Part shown: positions 17,545 through 26,934 of the stretch, one piece after another
Position numbering within the stretch: position 1 is the stretch's first letter
Layout: each line of letters begins with the position of its first letter
Assembly (NCBI GenBank): GCA_034722955.1
Contig: JAYEOM010000059.1
Span: forward strand, 1 to 43,101
DNA from: Campylobacterota bacterium
Lineage (GTDB): Bacteria; Campylobacterota; Campylobacteria; Campylobacterales; Sulfurovaceae
Reading direction: 5' to 3'
DNA: 43,101 nucleotides
Translations under genes and position numbers: made by a program
Notes under the pieces: model-generated
Told to the model about the DNA's origin: nothing
Database searches by the model: none
What the model saw: only the letters and a program-made list of their open reading frames with translations

Positions 17545-18351
17545 TGGTTTGGCTTTATCCTTAAGTCGATTTTTGACTACTAGCTCCTTATACATTTTTG
17601 CATATTTTTTATTTCCATTTTTCAAATCTGTAGTGGTTCTAAATACGATAAATGGTAGACCGCCCTCTTCGATATCAAGATAAAACTGCTTTACCACTTG
17701 CCATAACTCGTTAACTTCACCAATAGTTTTATTCATCTCCGGCGTATTGGCTGGATAATTCATCCTTATATTGATATTTTTTTCACAAAAATCAACAGAA
17801 TTTTTCATCATAGCTACAGTATTTTCATCTTTAATCCCTGATTGATAAGCAATATAATATTTTGCGATAGATTCAATCTTTGGACTCAAACCAACTCTAT
17901 TGACAGGGTCATTGTATCCAATCTGCTTCTTGTATTTTGTAGCAACATAACGAGCCGCCTCACTAACACTTCCCACTAAGTCTAGCACTATTTGTGCATT
18001 GTCCATAGTGTATGGTTTTTTTATTATATATTTGAGTTCATCATAGTTCATCTTCATAAAAGAGAGTAGGTTTTTTATTTTTTTGTCTTTAGCGGACTTT
18101 ACTAGCATTGCATATCTCTTGCTAAAGATTATAAAAGCTCTATTCATCTCTTTTCTTGCCTGTCGTACACCTACATTTTCACCAATAGAGAAGTATGATT
18201 TACCTATTGTCTCCGAGGCTATATTGCATTTGTACCCACTAACTATATTTTCATATATTGCCATCTTATCTTCCGTTTCAGATTTCACGATAGATACAAA
18301 TAGCACTGTTATCATCATAGCCCGCACGACGACTCTTATTATGTTTTTCAT
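17542..18351 (-). CDS. Periplasmic protein, tandem PilJ/NarX-like four-helix domains (degenerate)
   Basis: Signal peptide; all-helical; IAKYYIAYQSGIKD and FYLDIEEGGLPFIVF resemble Campylobacterota PilJ-domain proteins (from memory). Confidence 0.6.
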   Translation of the reverse strand: MKNIIRVVVRAMMITVLFVSIVKSETEDKMAIYENIVSGYKCNIASETIGKSYFSIGENVGVRQARKEMNRAFIIFSKRYAMLVKSAKDKKIKNLLSFMKMNYDELKYIIKKPYTMDNAQIVLDLVGSVSEAARYVATKYKKQIGYNDPVNRVGLSPKIESIAKYYIAYQSGIKDENTVAMMKNSVDFCEKNINIRMNYPANTPEMNKTIGEVNELWQVVKQFYLDIEEGGLPFIVFRTTTDLKNGNKKYAKMYKELVVKNRLKDKAKP

Positions 18352-18380
18352 CTTTTATCTCCTTAGTTTATTTTAAATTA

Positions 18381-19184
18381 CTACTTTGTAGCTACTATCT
18401 TCAGAGCCATTTTATTAGCATTCTCATCGGTATCTTTGCACTTATTGTACATCATAGATGGAGTTGCATTACTATCTATCATAGAAAATGACATAATAAT
18501 ATACTCAAGTATTGTCTCTGTTCTATCCAACCACCCCTTGAACTCTAAATCTTTATAGAAGGGTGATTTTTGTAGAACAGCTATACTTTTTTTATATCTC
18601 TCAACACTAATATCCCAATCCTTGGTAGTAGTCGCATCAGACAACCCCCACATCTGCATCATATAGATCATCAATAGATTATGGGATGATGTAGATACTC
18701 CTATAGCACTATCTAGTGCAACACTTTCTATTGATGTTGCACTCTTTAGTAGATGCTCTTTCATCAACTCCATCTCTGCAATAATATTGTGTATATTACC
18801 ATAAACAAATAGTGCCTCTTTTTTCATGGTCTTGCTATCTGGTTCTACTGTAGCACTCAGAAGCTTATCTTTTATTAGTTTCCAAGAAATGCGACTATTT
18901 TTTAGTGATTTTTGAATAGTAGCATCATCACTATATCTTTCATTTAAGAGATTTAGAGTAGAGTCATACTCCTCTATATTTCCCTTTAATCTTCCAATAG
19001 GATCTTTAAATTTTATCTTTGTACCTATTGCAACATAATTACTAAGCATAGAACCTGCATTAGATACCTGTTTACCCAGTTCAATCAAAGTATCTACATT
19101 CTGATCTAGTTTTTTAGCATGTGCCTGCGATGACATAAGTAACACTATTACCAGCAAAGCTAAAACTTTTGTGAATACCCTCAT
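18381..19184 (-). CDS. Periplasmic protein, probable PilJ/NarX-like tandem domains
   Basis: Signal peptide ending AHA; similar size and helical pattern to its neighbour. Confidence 0.5.
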   Translation of the reverse strand: MRVFTKVLALLVIVLLMSSQAHAKKLDQNVDTLIELGKQVSNAGSMLSNYVAIGTKIKFKDPIGRLKGNIEEYDSTLNLLNERYSDDATIQKSLKNSRISWKLIKDKLLSATVEPDSKTMKKEALFVYGNIHNIIAEMELMKEHLLKSATSIESVALDSAIGVSTSSHNLLMIYMMQMWGLSDATTTKDWDISVERYKKSIAVLQKSPFYKDLEFKGWLDRTETILEYIIMSFSMIDSNATPSMMYNKCKDTDENANKMALKIVATK

Positions 19185-19338
19185 ATCTCTACCCTTATTT
19201 TTTATATTACAGCATAATTAAAACCTTGAGAAAAAACTCCAACCAAAGTGAAAGCTATGTAAGATTTTAACTACATACAATAATAACCAAACTCAGCACA
19301 ATCCTAGATAAAAGCACACGCAAATAATTAATATCGTA

Positions 19339-19633
19339 GGTAAATCCAACGAAAAATAAACCCAAGCTGAAACACCCCAAAGACCCCTATACAAACCTCC
19401 AAAAACAAGCTATAATGCCAAAAAACCACCATCGAAATCAACACTACACAATATAATGATTTAGGTGGCAAGACAACTATGGCAGAGATAAAAAGAAGTG
19501 CTATACATAGTGACGAGTTTGTCTCTGATTTATTTGAACAATAACGATACAGTAATCCATACAAACTAATTAGCTAACAAGTTGTATCATATTTGGTTGA
19601 TTAAGGTTTGTTTTAATTTTCGTTGGATTTACT
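19339..19633. mobile_element. 295-bp MITE-like element flanked by TA
   Basis: Perfect 16-bp inverted repeat gtaaatccaacgaaaa (19340-19355) / ttttcgttggatttac (19617-19632), extending imperfectly; TA at 19337-38 and 19634-35. Confidence 0.7.
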
Positions 19634-19740
19634 TAGAGATAATAAATATATGATACTATAAGAAAATATATTGGGGAGAGGGTCTATTTTGAAATCTAAA
19701 TCCAACCAAGGTGAATAAGCAACTAGGCATAGATCTACGA

Positions 19741-21240
19741 TCATCTACTCCTAATCTCCTCATATAGTTTCATCATATCTTTTTCAAAAAGTTTAAACCT
19801 CATATCAAGATCTTTTTTTAGGCTGTTCTTCTGAAGCTCATCTAAAAAGGAGTATTTGATACTGTTATAGACATACTCCTTGATACGCTTGTATGAGGGG
19901 TGATACCTAGTTGCTAAAAGCATATATTCGTTTGTCAAGTTATTTCTGGATACTCCAGAGTCATCTGTAGATATGATGATAGGTACGCCATAGCTAGAGT
20001 AGATCAGATATGGATGATCATCTCCTTTGACTCCCAAGATAAATTCATTACTAGTCAAGTTGATCTCTACAGCAGAGTACCTCTTCATATCTCTGAGCAG
20101 ATCTATGGAGTTCTGCTCATAAGATATATCAACACCATGTCCAATCCTTTGGGCCTTTGCTATATCTATAGCTTGCTTGATATGAAATATGAGATTTTTT
20201 GGTCTGACCATACCTAGTGTTAACTCACCAGCGTGTAGAGCCCTATGAACGGTTGGATATTTTCTTGTAAGATAATTGTACATTCGCATATGCAGAGTAT
20301 AGTCAGACAGTGAGATAGGATTGTTTTCAGGTGCAACTATATTGACTCCTACTATCAATGGAGATCTATGAGCTGCCAGATAACCAGAAAAGAGATCAGT
20401 AAAGACCTGTAAAGGCTCAAACAGACGCACAGCATAAGTCTGATATCTCATCAAAAACTTCTCATTATCGATACCTTGATGACTTTTTTCCAACTTAGAT
20501 ATATAGATATCTACAGAGGTATTGAACTTTTTATTATCTATATATTTTGTGATTATCTCATCAAGTATGAGATCAGTCTCCTTTTGTGATGTGGCACTTC
20601 TTAGAAGTTTGTTATATCTATTTTGTTTATGCTTATCAAAATAGTCAGCACTATTGACCCCAACCATACTAAGCATAGTTTCAATGTACATTATATTCTC
20701 TTTGATTGCTCTCTGTTTCAGGATATTGAGTCCTAGATTGATATACTCATATGAGACAGTCTCAAAATATAGAAATGTATTGAAGAAATTAACATCTGCT
20801 GGTGGTTGTCTATCTATATAGTTACCATAATCTTTACTTGACCATAAAGAGAGTAATTTTCTATGTAGTTTGGCATCACTCATAACCTGCTCAACTGTCA
20901 AAAGTTCACAAGTTCCATTTTCATCTTTTTTGATAATCTTAAGAGTACATTTATCTATATGCCACTCTTTTTTCTCTACCCACTCCAGATATGTTTCAGC
21001 ATATAGAGAACCACAATAGTGATGGTGTATATCTCCCCCCTTTGGCATATTGGTAAAAAACAGATGAAGCAGGGAGCGGTTTAGTCTGTTATGCTCAAAC
21101 ATACTTTCATAAAAATTAGAGGTTGATTGTGCATGACCGGTATCTGTGATTGTTTGGGATGACTTAGAGTACAAATCTACAGGCAGATATCCAAAAAGAG
21201 TAGCAGTAAACAGTATGAGAAAAATATTTTTTTGATACAT
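19741..21240 (-). CDS. Signal-peptide-bearing adenosine deaminase, ADA2/ADGF-like
   Basis: MPKGGDIHHH, HAGE, RIGHG, STDD metal/catalytic motifs; start probably ATG 21240 (SD aaaggggg; duplicate copy starts at the same codon). Confidence 0.85.
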   Translation of the reverse strand: MYQKNIFLILFTATLFGYLPVDLYSKSSQTITDTGHAQSTSNFYESMFEHNRLNRSLLHLFFTNMPKGGDIHHHYCGSLYAETYLEWVEKKEWHIDKCTLKIIKKDENGTCELLTVEQVMSDAKLHRKLLSLWSSKDYGNYIDRQPPADVNFFNTFLYFETVSYEYINLGLNILKQRAIKENIMYIETMLSMVGVNSADYFDKHKQNRYNKLLRSATSQKETDLILDEIITKYIDNKKFNTSVDIYISKLEKSHQGIDNEKFLMRYQTYAVRLFEPLQVFTDLFSGYLAAHRSPLIVGVNIVAPENNPISLSDYTLHMRMYNYLTRKYPTVHRALHAGELTLGMVRPKNLIFHIKQAIDIAKAQRIGHGVDISYEQNSIDLLRDMKRYSAVEINLTSNEFILGVKGDDHPYLIYSSYGVPIIISTDDSGVSRNNLTNEYMLLATRYHPSYKRIKEYVYNSIKYSFLDELQKNSLKKDLDMRFKLFEKDMMKLYEEIRSR

Positions 21241-21365
21241 TATAATATCCCCCTTTCTCAAAGTCATTATAGCCAAAAGATTATAATATCATATAGTTGG
21301 GAGGGGAACTTGAAGAGGATGCAGTAGTGTAAATATTATATCAAAGCACTGCAACTCATCATCTA
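21080..21365. repeat. Direct repeat copy B
   Basis: Homologous to 17301-17544; includes minus-strand TGATATAAT extended -10. Confidence 0.85.
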
Positions 21366-22058
21366 AAAACGATAACGGACTCCTAGCTGTCCCAAAGTAA
21401 TGCTTGTGCCGTCAACTTCTTCATAAGGCAGTGTAGTTAGATATTGGTTGTCGTATGTGCGATCACCGCTATTGAAATACTTACCTAAAAGCTCTATCTC
21501 CCATGATGGGGTTAGGGTCCAAATTGCACCTGCCATTACTTGAAATGCAAAAGCGGTATCTCTATCATCAGTTCGCATTGCTACTCCTTGATATGTATGA
21601 CTTCTCTCTAGATTCACAAGATCAAAACCTACTCCTGCACCTACAAAAGGTCTGATAGAAGAGTCGGTGCTCATGTCGGCATAGATATTTAACATACCAT
21701 GGACATGTCTTTCACGACCACCGATCTCTCTAGTCTCTGCTGTTCTACTCAAAGTTTCATTGTCCAATCCCAAATAGGTACAACCAAATTCACCTTCAAC
21801 TCTAATCATATCATTGATATAGTATCCATAGGCAAAGTCAGTACCATACTCTGATTTGAAATGCAACTCAGAGCCTTGCTCTCCTCCTGCTGGCTGACGA
21901 TACATATCATCAGCCCACCCTGGTCCAAAACGCAATGAGACATAACTTGTAGGTTCTGCGATCACAATAGGCTCTATCTCAGATTTGTTTCCTCCAGCTA
22001 CTGCAGAGACACTAAATACCAAACAGACTAACCCCAACTTTGTAAATTTTTTTACCAT
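21363..22058 (-). CDS. Outer-membrane beta-barrel protein (OmpA-N/opacity-like, ~8 strands)
   Basis: Signal peptide, RPFVGAGVG, AFQVMAG, C-terminal GVRYRF BAM signal. Confidence 0.85.
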   Translation of the reverse strand: MVKKFTKLGLVCLVFSVSAVAGGNKSEIEPIVIAEPTSYVSLRFGPGWADDMYRQPAGGEQGSELHFKSEYGTDFAYGYYINDMIRVEGEFGCTYLGLDNETLSRTAETREIGGRERHVHGMLNIYADMSTDSSIRPFVGAGVGFDLVNLERSHTYQGVAMRTDDRDTAFAFQVMAGAIWTLTPSWEIELLGKYFNSGDRTYDNQYLTTLPYEEVDGTSITLGQLGVRYRF

Positions 22059-22083
22059 CTTAAACTCCTTTTTTTGATGTTAA

Positions 22084-23025
22084 CTACGATAATTTTTCGA
22101 TCTCATCTACTGTTGCCTGAAGAGATGCCATATCTGAGACTACAAAATGCGGCTTCTTCGTTGCACGCCGGTTGAGACCTTTGAGTACTCCGCCATGACC
22201 AAACTCGATATAACAATCTACCTCATCATCAAACTTAGCGATGGATTGCTTATACAATACAGGAGAGATCAACTGTTTTGGAAGGAGATCTAGGGCTTCT
22301 GCTTTTGTACTATATCTATCTGCTGTTACATTTGAGATCACTGGTGCTATAAATTCATCCTGTAGCACTTCAGAAAGCTTATCAGACAAAGGAGTCGTTG
22401 CACTCTCAAGGAGTGGACAGTGGCTAGCTACAGACATATTTAGCAGCATTGCTCTTCTAGCTTTTGCCTCTTTGAGAATAGGTTCTAGCTCTACAAGATC
22501 TGATTTGATACCTGCTATGACGATCTGACCCTCTGCATTGTAGTTGACAGGCCAAACTTTCATGCCCTGCTCTCTTTGAGCACTACATATCTCTTCAACT
22601 ACTTCATCACCCAAGCCTAGAGAGACCATCATGCCGACATCCTGCCCCTCGCAAGCCTCTGCCATTAGTTTGCCTCTTAGATTTACCAGCTCTACAGCAT
22701 CTATCGGATCTATAGCTCCGACACTAGTCAATGCAGAGAATTCACCAAGTGAGTGTCCCAACGCATAGAGGGGCTTGATAGCTAGCTCATTTTCAAAAAG
22801 CTTATGTGCTATAGCACTAACCAGCAAAATCGCAGGTTGTGTATACTCTGTCTTCTCTAGATCATCACTCTCTCTAAAGAGTAACTTTTCAAAGTCAATT
22901 CCAGTTCGGTCACTTGCTGCTGCTACCATCTCTTTGGCTACATCACTATTTTCAAAAAAATCCTCTCCCATTCCAACGGCTTGAGAACCTTGTCCTGGAA
23001 ATAGGAATGCACATTTGACAGACAT
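22084..23025 (-). CDS. fabD: Malonyl-CoA:ACP transacylase
   Basis: FPGQGSQ, GHSLGE, VASHC. Confidence 0.97.
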   Translation of the reverse strand: MSVKCAFLFPGQGSQAVGMGEDFFENSDVAKEMVAAASDRTGIDFEKLLFRESDDLEKTEYTQPAILLVSAIAHKLFENELAIKPLYALGHSLGEFSALTSVGAIDPIDAVELVNLRGKLMAEACEGQDVGMMVSLGLGDEVVEEICSAQREQGMKVWPVNYNAEGQIVIAGIKSDLVELEPILKEAKARRAMLLNMSVASHCPLLESATTPLSDKLSEVLQDEFIAPVISNVTADRYSTKAEALDLLPKQLISPVLYKQSIAKFDDEVDCYIEFGHGGVLKGLNRRATKKPHFVVSDMASLQATVDEIEKLS

Positions 23026-23094
23026 TATTGCTCCTTGGGGTAGCCTTAATATAATTATAGTATCTTATCTAAAAATAGGTGAAAAGGAACTGTG

Positions 23095-24711
23095 CTATCT
23101 AGGATCTATACTACAGCTCGACATCGCATTGACCATTCCCCGTGCTGTCTCCTCTGTACCAACAACAATCTCATAGTTTGGAAACTTATTTTGCAGCTGA
23201 TCTCTCTCCTGAAAACGATTGACTTTTACGACAATCTTGGCTTCAGGCGCTACCTTGCTGAGCATATCACAAACAAGGTGTATCTTCTCAGCATTATCCA
23301 TAGCAACTATCACAACCGATGCTGAGTAGATATTGATAGATTCGAGGATACTTTTTTTCCCTGCATTGCCATAGATAACATTTTTTCCCTCTTTTTGTGC
23401 CTCTTTGACATTATGCATATTGCTCTCAACTGCGATATACTTTATGCCTCTCATATCTAGTTTTTCACAAATCTTCCGCCCCAAACGACCATATCCCAAA
23501 ATAATCACTCGGTTTTTCAAATCATCATCTTCTTGGCTATTAGCCTCTATACACTTATCATCACCCAAGATGAGATCAGCTATACAAGAGAGCTTTTTCA
23601 ATACAAAAGGTGTCAAAATCATAGAGAGGATGATCGTCGCTGTTAATATCTGAGAAATAGCAGGATCTACTAGACTGTTCTTATGTGATAGTTCAAATAT
23701 AACCAAACCAAATTCACCTAACTGAAAGAGTGCCAGTGAAGTTTTCAGTGCTACTCGCTCTCCTGCCGTCCAACGCAAAATCAGAAAAATAATCGTCATT
23801 TTTACAATAGTAAACAGCAGCAGCAGCCCCAGGATCATCATTAGATTTTGAGCGACAATAGAGAAGTCGATCTGCATCCCTACTGATATAAAAAAGATAC
23901 CCAACAGAAGATCACGAAAAGGGATCAAGTCCGCTTCTACTTGATATTTATAGCGTGTCTCTGCGATGATCATGCCTGCAATAAATGCTCCTAGAGAGTA
24001 CGAAAAGCCCAAATAGTGTGAAAGTGCAGATGATCCTATGACTAGAAAAAATATAGATCCTATAAATATCTCATCAGAGTTACTCTTGACAACTTCACTA
24101 AAAAAAGGATTAAGAATAAATTTACCAAACGCCCATAGAAGAGCAAACAAAATAAGTGCATCGATCACTGTTTCGATCAACACACTACCTAGTGAAACAT
24201 TTTCACTAGAGAAGATAGAGATCATCAAAAGTATGGGAATCACCATAATATCCTGAAAGATCAAGATACCTAAGGATCGCTTGCCATACTCTTTGTTGAT
24301 CTCTCTGTTACTATTGAGAATCTTGAGTACGATAGCTGTAGAGGAGAGTGCCAATGCAGCAGCTGTAATGACCGATGCCTTGACCTGCATATCAAAATAG
24401 TAATATCCGATCAGATAGAAGACGATCATACTTAAACCAACTTGCAATCCACCATATAGAAAAACCTCTCTTCGCATTTTGACAAGATGGTAAATCGAAA
24501 ACTCCAAACCAATCGTAAACATTAGAAATACGATCCCAAACTCTGCGATCAAGTGGAGCTCTTCGTAGTGTGTCGCCTCAGAGAGTTGTAAAGTATAGGT
24601 GATGATCACACCTGTAGCGATATATCCTATAATAGTAGGGATATGCAGTCGCGTTAATATAAGATTGGTAATCGTAGCAATAAAGATCGTCAATACAATC
24701 GTTTCAAGCAT
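23095..24711 (-). CDS. CPA2 cation:proton antiporter with TrkA-N domain (KefB/KefC-like)
   Basis: AEFGIVFLMFTIGLE, LIFQD, PFRDLLLG, GYGRLG. Confidence 0.92.
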   Translation of the reverse strand: MLETIVLTIFIATITNLILTRLHIPTIIGYIATGVIITYTLQLSEATHYEELHLIAEFGIVFLMFTIGLEFSIYHLVKMRREVFLYGGLQVGLSMIVFYLIGYYYFDMQVKASVITAAALALSSTAIVLKILNSNREINKEYGKRSLGILIFQDIMVIPILLMISIFSSENVSLGSVLIETVIDALILFALLWAFGKFILNPFFSEVVKSNSDEIFIGSIFFLVIGSSALSHYLGFSYSLGAFIAGMIIAETRYKYQVEADLIPFRDLLLGIFFISVGMQIDFSIVAQNLMMILGLLLLFTIVKMTIIFLILRWTAGERVALKTSLALFQLGEFGLVIFELSHKNSLVDPAISQILTATIILSMILTPFVLKKLSCIADLILGDDKCIEANSQEDDDLKNRVIILGYGRLGRKICEKLDMRGIKYIAVESNMHNVKEAQKEGKNVIYGNAGKKSILESINIYSASVVIVAMDNAEKIHLVCDMLSKVAPEAKIVVKVNRFQERDQLQNKFPNYEIVVGTEETARGMVNAMSSCSIDPR

Positions 24712-24804
24712 CTGTCACTCTCCTGATGAAGTCATAATCATTGGTATTAATATATAGTGAAAATTATAGCAAAGCTTTTAAATATTTTAGATTTAGAAAT
24801 TGTA

Positions 24805-24855
24805 CAAAAACAAATATACCCAAAAGGAGAAGTTAGATGGGTATATTTGTTTTTG
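24805..24855 (-). ncRNA. Candidate small RNA hairpin with CU-rich anti-SD loop
   Basis: Perfect 18-bp stem caaaaacaaatataccca / tgggtatatttgtttttg; minus-strand loop UCUAACUUCUCCUUU. Confidence 0.4.
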
Positions 24856-24880
24856 GAAGATTCCTTATAAGAGAAAAGGA

Positions 24881-24896
24881 GAGGGGAAGTCCCCTC
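24881..24896 (-). terminator. Probable intrinsic terminator after slyD
   Basis: gagggg-actt-cccctc stem followed by tccttttctctt. Confidence 0.55.
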
Positions 24897-24914
24897 ATGA
24901 AGTATATTGTTTGA

Positions 24915-25421
24915 TTAGTGTGAGCAGCCACAACTTCCATCATCACAATGTTCACCGCCAACTTGACCTGACGCTATCTCTTCATCTGTAGCAGCCCTCT
25001 CTTCTAAAATAGTGACCGTAAACATCAAATCTTTACCAGCCAATGGGTGGTTATAGTCAACCGTTACATCTTCATCAGTGAATGATTTGACAACAACCTG
25101 TACCGTTTGGCCACCTTCACCTTGACCATAAAGCATCATACCCTCTACAAGTTCAATACCCTCAAATTGATCTTTTGGGATCGCCTGTACAGCCTCTGGA
25201 TTGATGTCACCATATGCATCAGCTGCATTAACTATGATATCTCCACTTTCGCCAGTTGCCATACCTACTAGTGCATTTTCCAAACCAGGAATGATTTGAC
25301 CTGTACCAGTGATAAACTCAAGTGGTTGTGAATCTTTATTTGAATCGACTACCTCTGTAGTACCTGCCTCTTTTACTTCATACTCAATTGCTACGACACA
25401 ATTCTCTTTTTCAATTGCCAT
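24915..25421 (-). CDS. slyD: FKBP-type peptidyl-prolyl isomerase SlyD
   Basis: GQIIPGLE, DYNHPLAGKDL, Cys/His tail EHCDDGSCGCSH. Confidence 0.93.
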   Translation of the reverse strand: MAIEKENCVVAIEYEVKEAGTTEVVDSNKDSQPLEFITGTGQIIPGLENALVGMATGESGDIIVNAADAYGDINPEAVQAIPKDQFEGIELVEGMMLYGQGEGGQTVQVVVKSFTDEDVTVDYNHPLAGKDLMFTVTILEERAATDEEIASGQVGGEHCDDGSCGCSH

Positions 25422-25494
25422 TTGTTCTCCATTATTTTAATTTTGCTATTGTAACCAAGGAAACTTTACACCCACTTACAAAGAGGGATTACTC

Positions 25495-26073
25495 TCACTT
25501 TTTCTTCTTTCGTCGATATTTTCTTTCTGTTTTGTATATCCGCTTAAGGTCTGGTCTAGCATAATGCATATATCGATCTCTAGTCACCAATACCTGCATT
25601 CCATTCCAAGCCCAATGAAATAGAGAAGGGATATCCAATTCATGTACATGAATACAGCCATGTGATGTGTGATCTATACTCCCTTTATGGATAGCATGAC
25701 CCCATCTAGTAAAAAATAGACTATAATTCATATTATTAGTACCATCAGGCTCTGGATATTTTCTTGAAGTATAAAATCGTTTTTTCCACAAGACTTTCCA
25801 TACACCTGTAGGGGTAAATCCTACCTCTTCTCCTGAAGATATACCACCGCTGAGCCAAACTGTACCATCTCTATCTACCGCATAAAATCTACCGTCACTC
25901 TCCTCTTCTCTCACAGATATAAGAATAAAGTCTTTGCCGGTCATATCAATATTTTTTTCACGACCCTGTTTATTGACATAGAGAAATTCTGTTTTTGAGA
26001 TAGGAGTCAGCTCTCTATCTTTGCCAGAAAGCGAAATAGACAATAGTAATAGTAATATAATTATTTTTTTCAT
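25495..26073 (-). CDS. L,D-transpeptidase (YkuD family)
   Basis: Signal peptide, TPTG, HAIH.G...SHGCIHV. Confidence 0.88.
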   Translation of the reverse strand: MKKIIILLLLLSISLSGKDRELTPISKTEFLYVNKQGREKNIDMTGKDFILISVREEESDGRFYAVDRDGTVWLSGGISSGEEVGFTPTGVWKVLWKKRFYTSRKYPEPDGTNNMNYSLFFTRWGHAIHKGSIDHTSHGCIHVHELDIPSLFHWAWNGMQVLVTRDRYMHYARPDLKRIYKTERKYRRKKKK

Positions 26074-26155
26074 ATATCTATCTTTTCTATTTTTTGATTG
26101 TTATCCACAATATCAATTATTTAGCTTATTATAACAAAATTTTTTAGATTATTCT

Positions 26156-26932
26156 TTATAGTTTGTTTAAATTTTTCTTTGCAATTTTAGCACTTTTTTT
26201 CTCTGGATAGTCATTGATGATAGTTTTATAAAAAAGTTTTGCTTGTGACTTGTCACCACTTCTATCCAAAGATATAGCTGTGTGAAGCAGTAGTGTATCC
26301 ATATAACTAGCCTTGTCATAGAGTCCAGCACTTTTTTTGAAATAGTATATTGCATCACTATAGCTCTTTGTGTAGTACGAGATTTCACCAAGATAGTAGT
26401 TGCTCGCAGCTGGTTTATAACCTTTTGATGCTGTCATACTAAATCGTTTTTGAGCTTCATCATATTGATGCTTTTGAAATAGTTGTACACCTTCACGATA
26501 GATAGTTGTTTGATTTTTTTCTACCTTCGCAGATTTTAGATTTGCTGTATCTTGTGAAGGGACTTTTGCTCTCTTCTCCGAACGCATCTCTGCAGGCTCT
26601 CTGCGTGAGATACACTCACTCCTGAGAGCTTTGATCTCTCCCTTGAGGAGTTCAATCTCTCTATCGTTAGTATCTGACTGTTGGGATCTTTGCGATCTTT
26701 GTGAATCATTTATCTTAGAGTAGAGATCTTCTATAACTGTAGTCAACCCATCCACTCTCTCGGTGAGTTCACGCACTCTCTGTTTTAGCAGTATAATCTC
26801 ATCTCTATTACTGTCACTCAATTGTGCAGATACAACTTCTCGTTTACTTAAACCAAAAAGAGAAGATTCTGCTTGAACTATCTCAAAACTCATAAATAGA
26901 GTTAAAAGTATAAAAATTCTTTTTAATCTCAA
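26156..26932 (-). CDS. cpoB: Tol-Pal-associated TPR protein (CpoB/YbgF-like)
   Basis: Signal peptide, coiled coil, C-terminal TPRs; directly after pal. Confidence 0.78.
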   Translation of the reverse strand: MRLKRIFILLTLFMSFEIVQAESSLFGLSKREVVSAQLSDSNRDEIILLKQRVRELTERVDGLTTVIEDLYSKINDSQRSQRSQQSDTNDREIELLKGEIKALRSECISRREPAEMRSEKRAKVPSQDTANLKSAKVEKNQTTIYREGVQLFQKHQYDEAQKRFSMTASKGYKPAASNYYLGEISYYTKSYSDAIYYFKKSAGLYDKASYMDTLLLHTAISLDRSGDKSQAKLFYKTIINDYPEKKSAKIAKKNLNKL

Positions 26933-26934
26933 AA

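Noticed and set aside
19328..19564. 78-aa minus-strand ORF
   Set aside because: Crosses the MITE end, has no SD and no recognisable motif.
19238..19720. Short direct repeat tccaaccaa(a/g)gtgaa at 19238 and 19701
   Set aside because: Only 14/15 bp, not adjacent to the element ends; cannot be distinguished from chance or old debris.
21241..21276. 12-aa N-terminal extension of the deaminase
   Set aside because: The SD and the duplicate copy both point to ATG 21240.
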